Shown here: positions 24,384 through 32,000 of the stretch, in pieces
How positions within the stretch are numbered: the stretch's first letter is position 1
How the letters are laid out: each line of letters starts with the position of its first letter
Source of the DNA: Geotalea uraniireducens Rf4
GTDB lineage: Bacteria; Desulfobacterota; Desulfuromonadia; Geobacterales; Geobacteraceae
Direction of reading: 5' to 3'
DNA length: 32,000 nt
NCBI RefSeq assembly: GCF_000016745.1
Contig: NC_009483.1
Coordinates: forward strand, 3,060,001-3,092,000
Notes under the pieces: model-generated
Told to the model about the DNA's origin: nothing
Databases searched by the model: none
The model's input: the letters and a program-made list of their open reading frames with translations, nothing else
Made by a program: the position numbers and the translations under genes

Positions 24384-24534
24384 TTACCCTTGAACATCGT
24401 AGTGCCGGTTCCCCGCAGCTCCGTCACCGCACCGTTTCACCCGCTCGGCCATGGCCGTCTCGGCCAGTGCCAGGTAGTTGCGCCCTTGCCCGGTCGAGCA
24501 TCTCGCAGTAGACTTTGAAATCGGCAACCGGCAT
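24384..24534 (-). pseudogene. Small ORF with an apparent 1-nt frameshift (about 50 codons)
   Basis: The ATG at 24534 follows AAGGGAAG and reads MPVADFKVYCEMLDRAR.. with coding-like GC-rich third positions. Near 24484-24492 (GGCAAGGGCG) that frame degenerates. The +1 frame then continues NYLALAETAMAERVKRCGDGAAGNRHYDVQG* (stop at 24384), again with coding-like third positions. Confidence 0.3.
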
Positions 24535-24561
24535 AATTCTTCCCTTGGATCGCGTCCGTCT

Positions 24562-24933
24562 TCACTCCAGCCAGGCGCGTGCTTCAGCAAGGCGGTTTTC
24601 GGCAAAGTATTTCACCGGTGCGCGCCGAAAGCCTGCTCCCGTGAACATCAGCATTCTGGTTTCCCATTTGGGATCGCCGACGATCGCAATCTTCGCGATC
24701 CTGTCGCCGTAATGCACAAAAAACGTCATATCGTTCCAGACTTCCCCTCCCACCCAGCCGCAAAAATCCTCTCCAACCATGACCAGCAACTTGACGTCTT
24801 CGGGATTTTGCGCTCTGAGGCCGGCAGCCTTGATCCCCACAGCCTGGATAGCGTCCATCTCTTCCTTTCGCAGCGCTCCGGTAATGCGCACCACCCATAC
24901 ACCGCTCTTGTCCTGCTGAATTGTTGCGCCCAT
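24562..24933 (-). CDS. STAS/SEC14-like (SpoIIAA-like, DUF3478-type) domain protein
   Basis: The last 123 aa of track ORF 24562..25245: MGATIQQDKSGVWVVRITGAL...FCGWVGGEVWNDMTFFVHYGDRIAKIAIVGDPKWE...VKYFAENRLAEARAWLE. GAGAGGAA lies upstream of the ATG at 24933. Confidence 0.7.
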   Translation of the reverse strand: MGATIQQDKSGVWVVRITGALRKEEMDAIQAVGIKAAGLRAQNPEDVKLLVMVGEDFCGWVGGEVWNDMTFFVHYGDRIAKIAIVGDPKWETRMLMFTGAGFRRAPVKYFAENRLAEARAWLE

Positions 24934-24944
24934 AAGAGTTCCTC

Positions 24945-25245
24945 TCAATTTGTGATCTCTGCCGCAGCCCGAATTCCACCGACAAGAAGCGCTCTGACCT
25001 GTTCGAGACGGAGAATCTCGACCTTCTGAAAGCGGAACGATCGCCCTTCCCCAGCTTCGACCGCTGTATGCATTCTCCGGAACAGCACCCGGATCCGCTC
25101 TGTCGAGCATGACCGGGGCGGTCTTGGCGAAAGTTTCCTTGACCGGGGCACTCTTTGCCGGCGTGTGCGCAGCCTCTCCCGAAAGGGATGGCATCGGGAT
25201 GAATGCGGCTGCCAGGAAGGCAAGAAGAAAGAGTGCCCGTTTCAT
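24945..25245 (-). pseudogene. Small secreted-protein ORF, possibly frameshifted
   Basis: The ATG at 25245 gives a clean signal peptide, MKRALFLLAFLAAAFIPMPSLSGEAAHTPAKSAPVKETFAKTAPVMLDRADPGAVPENA. After about 25075 this frame turns R/S/G/W-rich and runs in-frame into the STAS gene. The +1 frame reads the more protein-like MHTAVEAGEGRSFRFQKVEILRLEQVRALLVGGIRAAAEITN* (stop at 24945). Confidence 0.3.
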
Positions 25246-25275
25246 GTGGACTCCGTGAAAAGCTTTGCCGGTGAA

Positions 25276-27389
<2,114 letters not shown>

Positions 27390-27614
27390 CCTGTGCTTCC
27401 TCTCTCAGGAGAAATCTTTCCTGAATTCTTAACTAGTTTCCATCCGGAAACCCCGGATGAGAAACTATTGGTTTCTGATTCGGAAAGCGGGGATTTTTTG
27501 TCCTGGCAAGGAAATCAAGGGGTTGCGCGGAGGCGTACATCGGTACGCCGCACAAGCAAACCCGCAGATTGACACAGCCAGGGCGGAAAAGCACCCTTTC
27601 CGGACAGAAACTAA

Positions 27615-30128
27615 CTAGTCTTGCGGCAGCGGCGAAGCTTGCCAGATGTCGCTGCAGTACTCCCGGATCGCCCGGTCGGAGGAGAATTTTCCCATCCGGG
27701 CGACGTTCAGGATCGACATCTCCGTCCACCGCTTCCGGTCACGGAATGCCGCGCTTACCCGATCCTGACAGTCGATGTAGGCCTGGTAGTCGGCCAGCAG
27801 CAGGTAGTCGTCGCGGTTGAGGAGATGCTCCACCAGCGGCTGAAACAGGCCCCGGTCGCCGTGGGAGAAAAGCCCGCCGGCTATCTGGTCGATCGCCTCC
27901 CGCAGCTCCGTCTTCTCCCCGTACCATTTCCGCGGGTCGTACCCACCGCTCTTCAGGTCGCTGACCTCTGCGGCCGTCAGGCCGAACAGGAAGAAGTTCT
28001 CCGCGCCGACTTCCTCGCGAATCTCCACGTTGGCACCGTCCAGGGTGCCGATGGTGAGGGCGCCGTTCAGCGAAAATTTCATGTTGCCGGTCCCCGACGC
28101 CTCCTTTCCCGCGGTGGAGATCTGCTCGGACAGGTCGGCGGCTGGATAGACCATCTGCCCGTTGGTGACGTTGAAGTCGGGGAAGAAGACCACCTTCAGG
28201 CGGTCCGCCACGTCCGGATCGCTGTTGACCACCTCCCCCATCGAGTTGACGAGCTTTATGATCAGCTTGGCCATGAAGTAGCCGGGAGCAGCCTTGCCGC
28301 CGAAGATGAAGGTCCGCGGCGTCACGTCGGCCTGCGGATCATGCTTGATCCGGTTGTAGAGGGTGATGATGTGGAGCACCTTGAGGTGTTGCCGCTTGTA
28401 CTCGTGGATGCGTTTCACCAGGACATCGAACAGGCTGGCGGGATCGACAACGATGCCGGTCCGCGCTTTGATCACACCTGCCAGGACGCTCTTGTTTTCT
28501 CTCTTGACCTTCTGCCAGGCGCTCTGGAAGGTCTGGTCCGCGACAAAGGGCTCCAGCCCCCGCAATTCATCGGGATTGGTCACCCAGCCGTCGCCGATCC
28601 TCTCCGTGATGAGCCGGGTGAGGCCGGGGTTGCTGAGCACCATCCAGCGCCGGGGGGTCACGCCGTTCGTCACGTTGCGGAAAAGCTCCGGATGGATCTC
28701 GTAGAAGTCCTTGAGGACCGTCTGTTTCAGAAGCTCCGTGTGGAGCGCAGCCACCCCGTTGATGGCGTGACTGCCGACGGAGGCCAGATGGGCCATACGC
28801 ACGTAACGCTCGCCATTTTCGTCGATGATCGACAGGCGCGCGGCCAGTTGGTCGTCCCCCTGGTGCACCAGGCGCACCTCGTCGAGGAAGCGCCGGTTGA
28901 TCTCGTAGATGATCTCCAGGTGTCGGGGGAGGATGGAAGCGAAAAGCGGCAGCGGCCACTTCTCAAGGGCCTCGGGCAGGAGGGTGTGATTGGTGTATGC
29001 CAGGGTAGCGCGGGTGATCTGCCAGGCCGCATCCCACTCGAACTGGTGCTCATCCACAAGAAGCCGCATCAGTTCAGCCACGGCGATGGAGGGGTGAGTA
29101 TCGTTCAACTGAACGGCAAAACTCGCGGCAAAGGTGTCGAGGCTGTTCTCACGCAACAGGTGGATACGCACCATGTCCTGGAGCGAACAGGAGACGAAGA
29201 AGTACTGCTGGCCCAGGCGGAGCGCCTTGCCTATCTCGGGCTCGTCGTTGGGATAGAGGACCTTGGAGATGGTCTCGGAGAAAATCTTCGCTTCCACGGC
29301 CCGGTAGTAATCCCCCACGTTGAACGCCTGGAAGTCGAATGACTCGACCGCCTCCGACTTCCAGAGGCGCAAGAGGTCCGTCACCCCCGACCGGTAACCG
29401 GCAACTGGGGTGTCGTAGGCAACCCCTTTGACCACCTTGTTCGGCACCCACCGCACCCGCACGCACCCCTTCTCGTCGGTAAACCGCTCCGTGTGGCCGC
29501 CAACCTTCACCTCGTAGGTTATTTCCGGACGGCAGATCTCCCAAGGGTTTCCCAGGCGCAGCCACTTGTCGGTCTTCTCCGCCTGCCAGCCGTCGCGGAT
29601 CTCCTGGTCGAAGATCCCGAACTCGTAGCGGATGCCATAGCCGATGGCCGGGACCCGCAGAGTGGCGAGGGAATCCAGGTAACAGGCGGCGAGTCTGCCG
29701 AGGCCCCCATTGCCGAGGCCCGGCTCCTCCTCCTGGCGGAGCAACTCGTCCAGGTCCTGCCCCAGGGCGGCCAGTGCCTCCCGGGCCGGCTCCATGATGC
29801 CGAGGTTCACCAGGTTGTTTCCCAGGTGTGGGCCCATCAGGAATTCGGCCGAGAGGTAACTGACGATCTTCAGCTCCCTGTTCCGCAGGTGCGACAATGA
29901 CTTGAGCCAGTCGTCCAGCATCCGGTCGCGTACGGCATATGCCAGGGCCATGTACCAGTCGTTGCGGGTAGCCAGCGTCAAGGGCCGCGCCTGGGTGAAG
30001 TAAAGGTGATCGAGGATGGCGCGCGTAAGGGCATCGACAGCGCTTCCCCGGCGAAATTCTTCGCGACCTTCATCGGCCGGAGACGGCACCGCGGCAACAG
30101 ACTTTTGCTTGGGTAGCTTGGTGTCCAT
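27615..30128 (-). CDS. glgP: Glycogen/maltodextrin phosphorylase
   Basis: 837 aa from the ATG at 30128 (MDTKLPKQKS..). GNGGLGRLAACYLDS, and the PLP-lysine region EASGTGNMKFSLNGALTIGTLDGANVE. Confidence 0.9.
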   Translation of the reverse strand: MDTKLPKQKSVAAVPSPADEGREEFRRGSAVDALTRAILDHLYFTQARPLTLATRNDWYMALAYAVRDRMLDDWLKSLSHLRNRELKIVSYLSAEFLMGPHLGNNLVNLGIMEPAREALAALGQDLDELLRQEEEPGLGNGGLGRLAACYLDSLATLRVPAIGYGIRYEFGIFDQEIRDGWQAEKTDKWLRLGNPWEICRPEITYEVKVGGHTERFTDEKGCVRVRWVPNKVVKGVAYDTPVAGYRSGVTDLLRLWKSEAVESFDFQAFNVGDYYRAVEAKIFSETISKVLYPNDEPEIGKALRLGQQYFFVSCSLQDMVRIHLLRENSLDTFAASFAVQLNDTHPSIAVAELMRLLVDEHQFEWDAAWQITRATLAYTNHTLLPEALEKWPLPLFASILPRHLEIIYEINRRFLDEVRLVHQGDDQLAARLSIIDENGERYVRMAHLASVGSHAINGVAALHTELLKQTVLKDFYEIHPELFRNVTNGVTPRRWMVLSNPGLTRLITERIGDGWVTNPDELRGLEPFVADQTFQSAWQKVKRENKSVLAGVIKARTGIVVDPASLFDVLVKRIHEYKRQHLKVLHIITLYNRIKHDPQADVTPRTFIFGGKAAPGYFMAKLIIKLVNSMGEVVNSDPDVADRLKVVFFPDFNVTNGQMVYPAADLSEQISTAGKEASGTGNMKFSLNGALTIGTLDGANVEIREEVGAENFFLFGLTAAEVSDLKSGGYDPRKWYGEKTELREAIDQIAGGLFSHGDRGLFQPLVEHLLNRDDYLLLADYQAYIDCQDRVSAAFRDRKRWTEMSILNVARMGKFSSDRAIREYCSDIWQASPLPQD

Positions 30129-30157
30129 GATAGATCCTTTCCGGAAATAATGTACCG

Positions 30158-30274
30158 TCAGAAAGAGCCCGGCATAGTTATTTGCTCGGTCAACCCCACG
30201 TCGGTCCACCCGGTGAAGCGGTTCTCCCGGTTCCAGAGGCTCTCACTGTGACGCAGCAGCACGATTTTTTTCAT
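30158..30274 (-). pseudogene. gpmA: 2,3-bisphosphoglycerate-dependent phosphoglycerate mutase, N-terminal stub (38 codons)
   Basis: Hand translation from the ATG at 30274 (GGAGGA 6 nt upstream): [38 protein letters not shown]. The LRH(G/S)ES.WN.ENRFTGW.DV.L block is the GpmA catalytic-His N-terminus. The full enzyme is about 250 aa. Confidence 0.6.
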
Positions 30275-30303
30275 GACGCATCCTCCTCAACCTTTCCGAA
30301 ACC

Positions 30304-31794
30304 TCACTTACCCGCCAGCGGACTTGCCGGCTGACCTGGTTTGTTCGCCTCGTTCGCGCCCGCCGGCGCAGGGACAGCGGCGGTCTGCCCGCCGGTCATC
30401 CTGTCCGCCTCCGTCACCCAACCCCCTCCCATCGCCTTGTAGAGGTTGGCATAGGAGGTGAAGACCGATGCGCGCAGCTGGGCAAGGGTTAGTTCGGCGG
30501 GAAAGAGTTGCTGCTGCGCACTGAGAACGGTGAGATAGGGCGCGTAGCCGCCGTCGTACTGGAGCTTGGCCAGTCGCTCGTATTCCCGGCTCGCCTTCAC
30601 GAGCCGCTCCTGGGCCTGGATTTGCCCGGCAAGCTTCTCGCGGATGATCAGCGCATTTTCCACATCGGCAAATGCGCTCTGAATCGCCGCCTCGTAGCTG
30701 ATGAGCGCGGCATCCTGCCCCGCCTCAGACTGATGCACCTGGCCGGAGATCGCTCCGGCGGTGAAGATCGGCCCGGTGAACGACCCGGCAAAGCTCCAGG
30801 CCCGGGACGGACCCCGGAAGAGCTTGGAAAGGTCTTCGCTCTCATAGCCGTAGCTGCCGGTCAGGCTGATGGTCGGGAAATAGAGGGCCTTGGCCGCTCC
30901 GATCAAGGCATTGGCGGCGATCAGGTTCTGTTCTGCCTGGGCGATATCCGGACGGCGTTCCAGGAGCTGTGACGGGAGGCCGGCCGGAACGGCGGGAAAC
31001 ACCAGTTCGTAGATCGTCTTACCCCGCGCGATCGGTCCCGGGTTGCGGCCAAGGAGAATAGACAGGGCATTCTCCAGTTGCACGATCTGCGATTCGAGCT
31101 GCGGGATGGTCGAGGCCGCGGTCTCGTACTGGGTGCGGGCCTGCTCGACGTTCAACTGGGATATCTGGCCATACTGGAACTGCAGCTCGAAGAGCTTGAC
31201 CGATTCGGCGTAGGCGGAGAGATTGCGTTTGGCGATTACCAGCTGCTCGTCGAGGCCGCGCAGTTGCAGATAATCGCCCGCCACCGAGGCGACCAGGGAG
31301 AGTATCACGCCGCGGCGCGCCTCCAGGGAGGCGAACATGCTTGCGCGGGCCGATTCCGAGAGCCGCCTGACGCGGCCCCACAGGTCGAGCTCCCAGGTGA
31401 CACCGCCAAACAACTGCAGCGAATTGAAGGGGTTTGAGACGCCGTCCGGGAAAGGTGTGGCATTGGTTTCGCTGACTCGCTGGCGGGAGGCACTGCCGGC
31501 ATAGCTGACCTGGGGAAAGAGTGGCGCGCGGGTCTGGGTGAGCACGCCGGCAGCCTGCTCGATGTTGGCCGCGGCGATCTTCACGCTCTTGTTGTTGGCG
31601 AGCGCTTCGGCGATGAGCCCGTCGAGCACCGGGTCCTGGAACTGCTGCCACCATGGGGTATTCACGGTATCCCGGGCATCCTTGTCTTCATATTGGAAGG
31701 ACTGCGGTATGTCCACGACCGGCCGACGGTAGTCCGGGCCCATCATGCAGCCGGTCAGGGAGGCGGCAAGTGCCAGCATAAAGAGTCGGCGCAT
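30304..31794 (-). CDS. RND efflux outer-membrane factor lipoprotein (NodT family)
   Basis: Track ORF 30304..31803 starts at a GTG. I prefer the ATG at 31794 (MRRLFMLALAASLTGC, lipobox) with GGGGGTG upstream. GPDYRRP follows the lipobox, and the protein has a TolC-like repeat organisation. Confidence 0.85.
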   Translation of the reverse strand: MRRLFMLALAASLTGCMMGPDYRRPVVDIPQSFQYEDKDARDTVNTPWWQQFQDPVLDGLIAEALANNKSVKIAAANIEQAAGVLTQTRAPLFPQVSYAGSASRQRVSETNATPFPDGVSNPFNSLQLFGGVTWELDLWGRVRRLSESARASMFASLEARRGVILSLVASVAGDYLQLRGLDEQLVIAKRNLSAYAESVKLFELQFQYGQISQLNVEQARTQYETAASTIPQLESQIVQLENALSILLGRNPGPIARGKTIYELVFPAVPAGLPSQLLERRPDIAQAEQNLIAANALIGAAKALYFPTISLTGSYGYESEDLSKLFRGPSRAWSFAGSFTGPIFTAGAISGQVHQSEAGQDAALISYEAAIQSAFADVENALIIREKLAGQIQAQERLVKASREYERLAKLQYDGGYAPYLTVLSAQQQLFPAELTLAQLRASVFTSYANLYKAMGGGWVTEADRMTGGQTAAVPAPAGANEANKPGQPASPLAGK

Positions 31795-31795
31795 A

Positions 31796-32000
31796 TCAGT
31801 CACCCCCTTCCTGTGCAGGTCCGAGGCTCTCCGGAGGACTCTCGCCTGGAGGCGTATCGGCCGGGCGTGTTTCGGTAGCGCCCTTCTTTTTCTTCTTCCG
31901 CTCGGCGAGCCGGTCGAAAATGTAGAAGAAGAGCGGCACGTAGAGCATTGCCAGGGTGGCCTCGCCGATCATCCCCCCCATGATGCCGGTGCCGATGGAG
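31796..32000 (-). CDS. RND multidrug efflux permease (AcrB-like), C-terminal end; the gene continues past the window end
   Basis: ..MGGMIGEATLAMLYVPLFFYIFDRLAERKKKKKG.. is the last TM helix and basic tail of HAE1-type RND pumps. The stop at 31796-31798 lies 1 nt from the OMF start codon. Confidence 0.8.
   Translation of the reverse strand, partial: SIGTGIMGGMIGEATLAMLYVPLFFYIFDRLAERKKKKKGATETRPADTPPGESPPESLGPAQEGGD

Noticed and set aside
27555-27580. Sigma-54 type promoter (TGGCTGTGTCAATCTGC on the minus strand) upstream of the 325-aa gene
   Set aside because: The GG-to-GC spacing is 2 nt longer than the -24/-12 consensus, and the -12 element is poor.
30129-30209. 27-codon N-terminal extension of glgP ([27 protein letters not shown])
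   Set aside because: It overlaps the gpmA stub region, has no RBS and shows no phosphorylase-like sequence. The ATG at 30128 gives a normal GlgP N-terminus.

Overview
High-GC bacterial chromosomal segment. The protein families and intergenic repeats give a Geobacter/Desulfuromonadales-like impression, but that is inference only. Every gene I can support lies on the minus strand, and the long plus-strand ORFs in the track look like antisense shadows. Reading the minus strand from high to low coordinates: (1) RND efflux permease 3' end and an outer-membrane factor lipoprotein. (2) A 38-codon gpmA stub. (3) glgP, an unknown 325-aa protein, and gap. (4) A possibly frameshifted secreted ORF, a STAS/SEC14-like protein, a small frameshifted ORF, then pfkA, ackA, pyk and pgm. 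(5) An Ech/Mbh-type membrane module (NuoL-, NuoH-, NuoB- and NuoI-like subunits) whose [NiFe] large subunit is reduced to a 52-codon C-terminal stub, followed by an aldehyde:ferredoxin oxidoreductase. (6) A polyphosphate-themed cluster: PPK2, a cytidylate-kinase-like protein with a degenerate P-loop, a 71-aa protein, SixA, an HhH/coiled-coil protein, two tandem thymidylate-kinase-like paralogs (one with Walker A Lys replaced by Arg), a basic-tailed coiled-coil protein, a CHAD protein and a Ppx fragment of only 106 codons. (7) An MscS C-terminal remnant split by a 219-bp MITE-like element with perfect 21-bp terminal inverted repeats and a 9-bp target duplication. (8) An MlaFED-type ABC lipid transporter with a PqiC-like lipoprotein, an AI-2E permease, and the 5' end of a GH63-like glucosidase. 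The best candidates for follow-up are the polyP-linked kinase/CHAD operon and the hydrogenase-like module that lacks its catalytic subunit next to AOR. Recurrent themes are gene remnants (four clear ones), a family of short intergenic repeats inside operons, and 4-nt ATGA/GTGA start/stop overlaps that mark operons. All family assignments come from motif recognition by eye; no database search was run.
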